A DNA stretch of 64,000 nucleotides from Cercozoa sp. M6MM. Its lineage: Eukaryota > Protista > Endomyxa: Ascetosporea. The first letter of the stretch is position 1. Each line of letters begins with the position of its first letter. A program made the translations under genes and the position numbers. The notes under the pieces were generated by a model. The model worked only from the letters and a program-made list of their open reading frames with translations, ran no database searches and had not been told where the DNA came from. The DNA is taken from the NCBI GenBank assembly GCA_040357565.1, contig JBDODJ010000061.1; one strand, written 5' to 3'. Positions 30,902-41,966 of the stretch are shown here, piece after piece.

Positions 30902-33900
30902 ATGCAGCCAGATCTTTTTTCCGGTTGATTGTTGTTTGTTCGCGCGTCCCGCGCGTGTGTGTGCTGTTCTGCAGGTATAATTTTATTGGTAAATGCGCAG
31001 TGGCGAGGAGAATTGGCGCCACCCGGCGCGTTCTCTCATCTTGGGTGCTCGAGGAGGTAGCAATTTATTTGTTTTTGTCTTTTTGCGCCGTGAGAAGAAC
31101 GCGTTTTTTGCTGCATTAGGATCCGTCGCCGCCACGCAAGCACAACAACGCGGCGACCGTGGCTGACCTTCGTCGCATCTTTGAAGAGAATGGCGACATG
31201 TGCGTTTTGCTTTGCGTTGGTACTGCTGGCTGACTGACTGGTGTGTCTGCACAGCGAGTCGTTCACGCCGGAGGACCCGCTGGACGGCCCTGCGCGCAAC
31301 ACGCTGCTCGGTGAGACGTCGATGGTTCGTCTGCGTACGGGCAAGCAGGACCTCGATACGGCGGTAGGATTTTTGTTGAGTTGAGTTGCTTTGAGCTGAG
31401 TTGAGTTGCTCTGAGTCGAGATGAGTTGAGTTTTGCTTTGCAGGTGATGACGACGCCGAACTACGCCGAGTCGGAAGCGATGACGGTGACTGGTTCCGAC
31501 TGGGTGTACCGTCCGTCGCTCGATCGCGCCGATCGCTCGTACGGTTCGCACTACACGGAGCGACAGGCGCGTGAGTTGTCTGCAATGACTTCGGTACGAC
31601 TGGCTTTCGCTTTGAGTTGCTTTGCGATGAGTTGAGTTGAGTTGAGTTGAGTCGACTTGAGTTGCTTGTGCGCAGGAGCACCGCGTGCGCCAGCTGCGGC
31701 AGAACGTCGTGGAGGACATCCAGGCGGAGCATGCGCAGCTGCGCGAGCGACTGTACGGCGAGTTCCTGCAGTCGGACGGCGCTGGTCTGCAGCTGCAGCA
31801 GGAGCTGGGTACCTGGGCTGCTGTACCCTCTGCTTACTTCCCTTTACCCCCCTGCTTGCAGGCGAAATGACGGAGGAGCAAGTGAAGCAGCAATTCGAGC
31901 AATGGCTCCAGTCCTCGCGATCCGAGCAGAAGTAACATTCTTACTCCCCCCTTCCCCTCCCTACCCCTTGCCGTGCAGATGGTCGTCGGCGATGGTGAAG
32001 GCACTGGACGCCGTGGCGCAAGGCTACAGCATCGAGGAGCTGCTGCCGCAGATGCGTGTGCACGAGCGAGTCACTCTGCTGGGTGCCATGGGCCAGATGG
32101 ACCGCGCCTGGGACCAGGTGGCGCAGCTCCAACAGGACGCGCAGCAGGTCGACGGCGAGCTCGTACCCCCTACCCCTTTACCCCTCCCCTTTAGCCCCTC
32201 ACCCCCACCCTGGCAGAACGAGCAGCTCGAACTGGCCGAGTTCGCGTTCGCGCAGCGACTGCACCGCATCAACGACGGTTTCGACTGCGACGGTACCTCT
32301 TGCTTTAGGTGGCTGTGTGTCTGGTCGATCAAGACCGAACGGTACTGGACCGAAACCGTCCTTGCTTCCTCACTCAGGTAAGACACGTGCGCGTGCTGAG
32401 TTCGCCAAGCGTCGCTTCCGTCTGCCGACGGATCAGGTGCGACTTGCCCCCTCCCCCCCCCTCCACCCCTTTACCCCCCCCCTTTCCCCCCCCCCCCCCC
32501 CAGGCGCTGCGTGACTGGCTCGACAAGCGTCGTCAGGAGCGTTTCGACCGCGAGAACGCCGTGCGATCGGTAGGCCGATTTCTATCTTACGGGGCACTAG
32601 GATTCTTTAGGGGGTGGTATTAAAGGGTGATATGGTTAAGAGGCTGTGATATGTACAGGTGGCACGCGACATTGTCGAGCGTGCCAACACGTGGGAGAGC
32701 GAGGACATCACGCGCACCATCGAGCAGCAGGACGACGAGTGGGCCGACTGGAACCCGAAGCTGCCCTTCCCGGCGCTCAAGCGCGACGAGCTGCGCTTCG
32801 AGATGGCCGAGCACGGTTTCATCCCCCACCCTACCCTCTTACCCCTACCCACCCTCTTCCCCTACCCTATCTCCTACCCCCCCGTACAGGTCGCGCGCAG
32901 ACGCTCTTCACGAAGTTTGCTGGCGTTGACTTCGACGACATGGTGGAGCAGGTGTCTTGCGTTTTACCACCCCCCCCCCCCCCCCGTCGCCCCGTTTCCC
33001 CCCCCCCCCCCCCAGTTGCCGCCGCTGGAGCACCGTCTGCGCGAGACGCGCAGCAAGGCGATTCGCAAGATGCGTTTCCGCAACCGTCACGACACCGATC
33101 GGTATCAATTGGATCAGTCAGTCACGTGGTCACACAGGGGTGGGTCATACTGGGTGGGTCACTGAGGATTGCCACGTGCGCAGCTACCCGTTCCAGCAGA
33201 AGGATCAGTTCGGCCTGCTGCGCCGCGAGCGCAAGGGCATCATGGGCTTCCAGGTACACAAGTTGTCCTGTTGGACGGATGAGTGGTCCATTTGGACCGA
33301 CGTGTGTGCGTGTCCGTTTGGACCGACATGTGTACCGGTGAGGACAGGCGTTTTTGTCGCGCGGCGATCTGTCGCAGCGCAAGTCGCTGTCGGAATTTGC
33401 GTTCGACCCGCGCTTCATGCCGCAGACTGTGCGTTTATACCCCCCCCCCCCCACACACAGCCCCTACCCTTACCCCCCTGTCCTCAGGTGACGCCAGGCA
33501 GTGCGTGGCCGTCGACGCTGCAGGTGAAGCTGACGACCTACCTGCCCGAGGATCTGGAGCGAGCCACGCTGCGACTGGTCGAGGAGATGGGCCATCTGAG
33601 TCGGTACCCGCGATCCCATCCTCCCTTACCCCTACCCCCCATCCCCCTTTACCCCCTCCGCCCGCAGTCGTCGCCGCATGCGCGAGCCGGTGCGCGAGTT
33701 GTTGGTGACGGGCGTGTCGACCAACACGCCGGCCATGAAGGCGGCCGGCACGCACCGCAGTGAGGTGCTGCACCACAAGCTGCGCGTCTTTGTCGGCGCC
33801 TTCCTGCGACAGGAGGTGGCTTTACTACCTGTTTACCCCCCCCTCTTACCTCCCCTGTTACACCCGTCTTACCCCCCTGCAGCTGCTGAAGGACGCGCAG

Positions 33901-36832
33901 GCAGCGGGCAAGAGCGAGAACGACGAGTTGCTGGCCGAGTTGGACGCGCAGGTGGCTCCGCTGGTGGCCAACATGAGCATCGAACGCAAGGGCGACTGGT
34001 ACCTTTTCACTGGGGACACGTAGCTCACTCGGGGCACTGGGTGTGTGACCCATGGGTGTGTGTGACACGTGTGACACGTGCGCAGCTTCTGGCTCACGCT
34101 GCCGCACAGCGAGTCGGAGCAGTCGGGCCAGCTCGGAGTGACGTACCGTGCCACGCGCGAACTGCTGCGCCGACTGCACCTAGACAAGCAGCAGCGCCTG
34201 CGTCGCTTCCTGGAGCTGCCTGGTACCTCTTCCTTACCCCTACCCCTCCCCTTCTTACCCCTACTTCACATCTTACCCTCCGTACTCCCAGTGCGTGAGT
34301 GCGTGCCGGACAATGTGATGACGGCGGCCAATCAGGACCATCCGCTGATTGCCAAGTACTTTACTATCTGCCAATCTTGTTGTATATTGGATGAACACGC
34401 TTGTTCGACAGGTACGTCGATCGCGGTCGCGACTACCGCATCGACACTGAGTTCGACGTGGATCTCGACGTGGCGCGCTCTGCGTCGGTACTACCCTTTA
34501 CCCTCTTACCTTTTTAACCCTCCTACCTCCCCCTCCTGCAGTCGGTACTGGGTCACTACCCGCGTGCCGACACGGAGCAAGGTCGCGCCATGCTGGACGA
34601 GGCCGTTGACGACGCGCGCGCGCAGAAGCGACGCGGCAGTGGTTTTACCCCCCCCCCATTTACCCCCTTTCCCCTCTTCCCCGCCCCCCCCCCCCCTGCA
34701 GGCTCGCTGGACACGGACCTGAGCGATCTGCTGGACGCGCAGGACGATGAGCTGCAGCAGCGTATCGAGCAGTGGCTCGAGTCCAACGGTAGTCTGTCCA
34801 TGTTGGACCTGTCCATATGGACCAGTGATTAAGTGGGATGTATACTATTGCTGTGTGCGCAGAGGCGGGCGCATCACTACGCGCGCAACTCGGCGCCGCC
34901 GCCGGTCGTCGTCGCTTTGACCGTACATTTTTTATTTAGGGGGTGCAGATTAGTTAGGGGGTATTGATGGGGTTGGTTAAGGGGGCCTTTATCTTGATTA
35001 AGGCTGCGTATGCCAATAGGTGCCGTGACGGCGGCACTGGAGCGTCTGATTCCGCAGCTGCAGGCGTCGGTGGGTCCGTCGCTCCTGTCGCGCGACGATG
35101 TGGCCGACGAGTCGTCGCTGGTACCCCTCACCCCCACCCCTTCCTTTACACCCTTTACCCCCCCCCCCCCCAGCTGCCCGAGTTCCGGTACTGGCTGCCG
35201 TCGCCGGCGCAGCGACGACACGGCGCTGCGCGCGTCTACCACGCCAAGTTGGCGGTATACCCCCCTGTTTACCCCCCCCCCCCCCTGTTTACTCCTCCCC
35301 GGGATGAGTAGGCGGCGCGAGCGGCCAAGCTGCTGACGGCGCAGCAGAAGGCCGACGTCGAGAGGCAACTGATGTCGCTGCTGTCGCACGAGGTGGCCGA
35401 GGCGTTGCAGCGTGGCGAGGAGGTAGCCCCCACCCCTACTTCCTCACTCCTTTCCCCCCCCCCCCCCCCCGTACAGCTGACGACGGGCGCGTCGGAGGCC
35501 ATGGAGAACGCGGCCAGCGAGGGTCATCTGCTCGAGATGGTACCAAGTGACAGGACAACTGGACAGTCTGTGGACTTGATATGTCTGTACATTTGTACGG
35601 TACAGGTGGGCGGTACTATGGCACAGTCGGTGCGTGGACACGCCGAGTTGCGTCAGCAGTTGCTGCAGCGTCTGCAGGAGCACCGAGTCATCTCGCAGGA
35701 GGTTGGCCTTCCTGTTTACCTCCCCCATCTCTCTCATCTGCCATTACTATTGATGTGCACAGGAGGCCGATAAGTTGCGTGCCTCGCACAGTGAGGGTTC
35801 CCTGCCCTGTGTTTGCTTCGAGGTGTGTCGTTACGGTTTGTGTGATAGAGGCCTTCCGCGCGGAGGAGAACTACGTGCCGCAGGGCTCGCGCGACAGCAT
35901 GGCGACGGACCTGCTCACGGATCGCATGCTCGGCGGCGGTACTGCTGTTTTATACCCCCCCTTTCCCCCCCCCCCCCCATTTTACCCCCCTGTTTTGATA
36001 GGCGAATTCGGCGACGAGGTGTTCGATCCGCAGCTGCAGGGCCATCCGTTCGAGCAGCAGTTCCCGGTACTTATCCCCCCTGTACATTCCTTTACCCCAG
36101 TTACCCCCCCCCTCCCCGGCAGGGAAGCACGCTGACGAACGACAGGCAGGACACGGCGTTTGAAGAGTTCTCGCCGCGCGCACAGGCGCACACGCGCGTC
36201 GACACGGCGCATGTGGGTAGTTTTACCCCCACCCTTGCCCTCCCCTTTTACCCATGTCTCTATGTCTCTGGTAGGCTATGATGAGCCGTCGCTCGATCAC
36301 GATCACATTCCGCGACGCAGTCACGCCGATGCTGATCCGTCGGGCAACCAGGTGATTCTTACCCCACCCACCCATTTATCCCTTGTATGGTTGTGTCTGT
36401 AGGGTGAGGCGCACCCGGTGCGTGTCTCATGGATCGAGTCGCAGATCTACGGTAGGTCTTGTGCTGTTGTTTTACCACCCCCTTACCCCCTACCCCTTGG
36501 TTAGGTGACGAGAACGACGACTTCTCGGCCGTGGACGACGAGGCCGACTTCACGATGCTGTTGGAGCGACCTGAGGCGCGATACGAGGCCACGACGGTGC
36601 TTTACCCCCCTCCCCGCTTAACCCTCTCCTTACCCTCCCTGTGTCTGCAGCGTGCCTTCAACCCGAACATGATGTTCATGAAGACAAACCGGCGCCTCAA
36701 GGACTTCACGATGCGACGTTGCTACCTGTCGTCGCCGCACGTCCACGCCAAGTTCGGCAAGGAGCACTGGGAGCTCCGCTACGTGCGCGTACTACCTGCT
36801 CTTCTTTTCTGTTGTACATACGTAAGATATAG

Positions 36833-36863
<31 letters not shown>

Positions 36864-36986
36864 GCACAGCAATCCCTTACTTTCGAGAACGTGCCGCCCG
36901 AGGACCGCGAGGAGATCACCAAGATGCTCCGCACGCTCGCAGGTGCGCAGGTGGCCGTCAACTACAAGTTCACCGAGCTGCTCTAA
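30902..36986 (+). CDS. ~1,180-aa, 39-exon protein containing a split ribosomal protein uS10 domain (candidate mitochondrial uS10m)
   Basis: 38 introns join in one stop-free frame (37 GT-AG, 1 GC-AG). Arg-rich presequence-like start (VARRIGATRRVLSS). uS10 N-half LQVKLTTYLPEDLERATLRLVEEM in exon 33488-33603. uS10 C-half RRCYLSSPHVHAKFGKEHWELRYVRQSLTF...LAGAQVAVNYKF at 36651-36986. First exon uncertain. Confidence 0.72.
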
Positions 36987-37388
36987 GAGCTCTACTAACC
37001 AGGGTTTATCGGTGACCGGTCTGACGCCTTTGTCTTCGGTTTCAGTTCGAGTCTTATCTTACGCGTTTCGATTTATACCTCGGGTCGGGTCGGGTAGATG
37101 TACAGGCATATCGTATATCTGTATATCGCGGGACAAGCAGGACGATGAGATGCAATGCGACTTAAAGCGCGACTCAAACCTGGCACAGAAAGCGAGATGA
37201 TGGGATACCTCGCTTCCGTTGCTTTTCTTTCCAGAATCATTTGATTCTGTCGCTTCGTCTATTTGACGACTTACTTCTTTCATTTAGTTCTTTTCACTGA
37301 CAACCGTCAGTAACACTAGCAACAACTAACTCCTTCAGTTAATGGTCGCGAATCACTCGAAGTCGAAAGTGAGCGATTCGCGGGTGAC

Positions 37389-37440
37389 TCGACTCGTGGA
37401 CCTTGATCAGTCGACTCGTGGACCTTGATCAGTCGACTCG
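37389..37440. repeat. 22-bp tandem duplication spanning the formin stop codon
   Basis: TCGACTCGTGGACCTTGATCAG at 37389-37410 and 37411-37432, plus a partial copy. Confidence 0.85.
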
Positions 37441-37981
37441 CGGCGGCAACATGCTGGACGGCAACTGGAAGCCAGGCGCCTGCTTACGCTCGCGGCGACG
37501 CTGCTGCACCTGCTGCGCGATGGCGGCAGCACTGCCGGACTGCAGCTGGCCCTGTTCACACAGACAAAAATAAACATTTACCACACACATGTGTTATGCA
37601 CATTTGTGTCGTGCGGATGTCTTGTGTGGATGTACCAAAACGTTATCGACAACATCATCGCCACCAGCGCCAGCCTTCTTGGTCGGCTTCTTCTTGGTCT
37701 ATGTTGAGACAAGGTATGCGCACAAGCGAGAGACCCCCGTATACATAGAACAGAGTGAGGGCACCCACGCGGCCTTGGATCGCGCCTCTCGCTCGCGTGC
37801 CTTCTGCGCTGCGTCCAAAAGGTCACCTTGCCGCTTGAAGTCCCTGTCAACAGGTCAGAAAAGACATGGAACACACTTCCTCAGTCCAGTTGATGGCACA
37901 CAAAGAAAACGCACTGCGAAAAGTCGCGGAACACGGCGAACAGTGCCTCCCATTTCATCGAGTTCTTGCGCTCGCCGAACC

Positions 37982-38032
<51 letters not shown>

Positions 38033-38715
38033 ATGGGTGTGTATAGGGGGGGGGGGGTTGGGGGGGGGGGGGGGTAGGAACAGAGGCAACCTGTGCCGTG
38101 TCGTCCGTGTCGTCGACGGCAGCCTGGAGTCGCTTCTCGAGTGCTTCCACCTTGGCCGAGGCCTCCTCATGGAAGCGGCCCATCACAGGTCCGAATCGGT
38201 CCTCGGGCGGTGCATTGGCGGCCGCCTTAAGCATGTTGCCGATCTTGCGCACATCACGTGCCAGCACCGTCACCTAGGGAAGGGTAAAGTGGGTCAACGG
38301 GTAAGATTGGTATAGATATAGCACCTCCTGCTTGAGCGCGTCCATCTCACTGCGCGTGTCTTCGAGCGGCGCCAGGTCGTCGCGGAACTTGAGTGCGTCG
38401 GGACGATCGCGTCGCAGCACCTGCACCAGGTACTGCAGAAGATTGCTCTTGTTGTCCTTGGTCTTGGTGGACGAGAGCTTCTTGAGTGTGTTGAGCTTGA
38501 AGCCATAGGCGCCGCCGTCCTTGGTGCTGCCGTTGAGGTAGTTGCCCAGTCGCAGCACAAAGGCGAACACGTCGCGCAGTGCCTCGCTCTGCCGCAGTGC
38601 CTTGAGCGACGCCTCCACCTGCACCAGCTGCCGATCCGCGTCCTCGAACATCTCGCCGAACTGCAGCGAGAAGTAGAACAACGACAGGCGCTGCTGGATA
38701 TTCTTGATGTCCTGC
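37429..38715 (-). CDS. Diaphanous-related formin, C-terminal part (FH2 end plus DAD-like motif); 5' part lost at the assembly gap
   Basis: FH2 signature VLRLGNYLNGSTKDGGAYGFKLNTLKKLSSTKTKDNKSNLLQYL, then WFGE...LFAVFRDF, and a DAD-like DVVDNVL-GQLQSGSA...RRRERK. TGA at 37429-37431. Confidence 0.92.
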
Positions 38716-38730
38716 CAGGGGGGGGGGGGG

Positions 38731-38830
38731 NNNNNNNNNNNNNNNNNNNNNNNNNNNNNNNNNNNNNNNNNNNNNNNNNNNNNNNNNNNNNNNNNNNNNN
38801 NNNNNNNNNNNNNNNNNNNNNNNNNNNNNN
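38731..38830. other. 100-N scaffold gap between a poly-G run and a (TG)n run
   Basis: N run; the genes on both sides lack their 5' halves. Confidence 0.95.
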
Positions 38831-38970
<140 letters not shown>

Positions 38971-39011
38971 TGGGTGTGTGTAAGTAACTATGGAGTGTTG
39001 TGCCTATTCAG

Positions 39012-39803
39012 TTGCTGAAGAACACACACCGGTATCACCCGGATCGTCAGTCTTTAAGGAGGGTAAACACAGTATACCACCACTCTTTCACATTCTCCGC
39101 TCTTAGTTCATGTGTGTGTAGGCGCTCAAGAAGATCAAGCAGTCGGCAGATCATGTTAACGAACAAGTGAGACGTGGCGAGAACATTGAACGGTGTGTTA
39201 ATTTGTACACAAGTCCGCGCAACTACAGTGAACCCATCCACGTGCTTGTGTAACTGTTGTGTACACAGGATCCGCGAGTTAGAGGCCGCGTTCATCACGA
39301 ATCCGCACTTTTTATCTCCAAGTCGACTGCTGCTGAAGCGCGGTCCACTGCTTAAAAAGGGCAGCAAGGTGCCACAATCGCTTTAACTTGTGTGGGTGTC
39401 CTGTACTCGTTACTTTGGTTGCTCTCTGTGTCGGTGTTTGTGCAGGGCAACTCGCGCTACGAGTTCATTTTGTTCAACGATCAGCTGGTGTATGCTAAAC
39501 CTTTCGCCGGCGGCAAGTTGCGTCTGCACGCGCGAATTCCGCTGGATCGGTGTGTGTGTGTTTTCGGCCTAAACATTCGTGTTTTCATGTATGTGTGTTT
39601 GTGCAGTGCCTTTGTGATCACGGAACAGTCATCAGTCCAGGCTACAGTAGGCGACAGTGATGATAAGTACCGTGTCTTTCCGGGGGGAGACTAAGCTTAC
39701 TACCCTTCTGTTTGGGTGGTCAGTTTCTTGTCGGCAGCAGTGCGAACACGCGGTCGAAGTTTCTTCCGGCGTAGTCGGTCTCCGTCCAGGTCAGTCTCCT
39801 GTC

Positions 39804-39875
<72 letters not shown>

Positions 39876-41771
39876 TGTGTGTGTGTGTGGGTTTGTGTGT
39901 GTGTGGGTGTGTGTGTGTGGGTGTGTGTGTGTGTTCAATGTGGGTGTGTGTGTGTGCAGTGCGCACTCGGGCGAGTCGCTCGAGTTCGTCATCAACAACT
40001 CGGTCAAGTCCTTTGTAGTGCAAGCTGCCTCGCCGCAGGATAAGCAGGTATGTAGTCTATATATCTATGTGGCCCTTTATATATATATATATATATGCAT
40101 ATATGCCCAGGACTGGATGACGGCCCTGCAAACGGCCTGGGAACACCAGGCTGCCACGGTGCGCATGTCACAGTCCACCGCCGCTGCCGCTTCTGTTGTG
40201 TGTTTGTCCACTTCTTAACCCCCTCCTTTGTTGGTATGTTCGCAATATGAAACCCTCAGGTAAGGCCAAAGAATCGAACACGCGACGTGTGCGTCCTTTG
40301 CCAGCGCAGTTTCGGTTTACCCCCCTCTTACCCCCTTGCCCCTGTCTGTATCACCTCCCCATAGGTCTAATGCGGCGCAAGCACTGCTGCGAGGACTGCG
40401 GACGCGTCGTCTGCTCCGACTGTTCGCAGCATCGGATGCAGGTACTTGCCATGGTCACTCTCTGACTGTGAGGGTGGTCACTCTGACACGAACACATAGG
40501 TGGCAAGGCTATTAGCACGTGGCGACGATAGTCTGCACCGTGTTTGCGATCGGTACCGCGTGAGCCCCGCCCGTTTACCCCCTCCCACAATTACTCCTCT
40601 CCGTTTACCCCATTTGCCCTCGCCCTGGTGTCGTAGTTGTCATCAGAAACACGAGTCGCATGAGGCTGAAAAAGCGACGGTTAGTGGCGATGTCGGTGGC
40701 CACGAGGAGTCCTCAGTGACCGACAGATCAGTCGCCGGGACAGAGGTACTTGTGTCGGGTAGGCAGGGTGCTGGTAGTAGTCTGTGCAAGGAACAAGCTT
40801 GTTTAGTCGACTCATTCGCGACACAACTCGACGGCGCAGATGCAGTTGTCGCGCGAGCAGGCACTTGTGCAGGGTAGTACTTTTACCCCATCTTACCCCC
40901 CTCTTACTCCTTCTTACCCCCGACAGAGGCGGAGAAGAACTTCCGGCGACTACAGGGAGCGCAGTTGGGTCTGCCGCCACCCACGTCGGTACTAACTCCC
41001 AGTGTCACACCTTGAATGATCGATCTCACCGTCAGTCAGTGTGACACACGTATGACACATGTGACACGTATGTGTGTGTGTGTATGTCGAACAGGCAGCA
41101 GCACCTGCGAAACCGTCCAAGCCGAAACTGCGATCGACACGGTTCCTGCGACCGCCGCTGCGACCACCCAAGGTACCTCTTACCTGCTACTCGTTTACTC
41201 TCTTAACCTTTACCCCCCCCCCCGCTACTTGTACAGCTGCAGCGACGCGAGTCTTATTCGGAACTACAGCAATTGGTACCAAGATCAGGGGTAAAGGGGT
41301 TAAGTGGGATGGTAATTCTTGGCGTGGACAGCTCGATGTGACGGCAACGAGCACCACGAGTCGTCTCTCGGCGGCCACTTCGGTGGACTCTCTGGGCGAT
41401 GACATCACCGAAGGTACATGGTACACTGTCCAACAGAGTAGACTCCCAGCATGTTTTGTCGACTCAGTACGAGGCGGTACGCCGATGAAACCCTTTGACT
41501 CGGACTCCGACTCAGACACTGAGGTGAAACACCAACGGCAGCAACAACAGCACAGCGAAAAGTCGTCTGTGTCGAGTGGCACGCCTTCTGTCCGAGTCAC
41601 TGTCACCAACACGAGTGCACCTGCCCTGCCGGTACCTGCTTTCACAAAGAACGTTTGACTGGTCGCGTGACCAGTCGCCTGTAGCCTGACTGGACTGATT
41701 GGATGTTTCCAACACAGGTACCACGACGACCAAGGCGGCCAGCACCGCCTGCCCCCCGTCCCGGCGTTTGA
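39012..41771 (+). CDS. RhoGEF (DH end)-PH-FYVE protein with Pro-rich tail (FGD-like); 5' part lost at the assembly gap
   Basis: DH C-terminus [11 protein letters not shown]...[17 protein letters not shown]; [13 protein letters not shown]...[14 protein letters not shown]...[20 protein letters not shown]; [33 protein letters not shown]...RVCDRC. Confidence 0.88.
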
Positions 41772-41966
41772 AATGCCGATTAAATTAAGTATGATGAGTT
41801 CGGTCTGACGTTCACGCAGAGCGACTCGACTGGATGGCGACGTTAACTTTGTCGAGAGCTGTATTTAACATAATTCTCAGCGGGCGGTAGACACAGCCAT
41901 GCTTTTGCGACCCACCCCGGACTGATGCAGGGGAACTCTTATTTGGTTTCATGTAAGCTCGACTAA

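Noticed and set aside
39700-40043. ORF-track proteins with CVCV/THTH/ERER/YIYI/PPPP runs (also at ~6.6, 12.9, 14.9, 16.5, 18.3, 23.1, 43.5 and 51.3 kb)
   Set aside because: Translations of intronic (TG)n, (GA)n, (TA)n and poly-C microsatellites.
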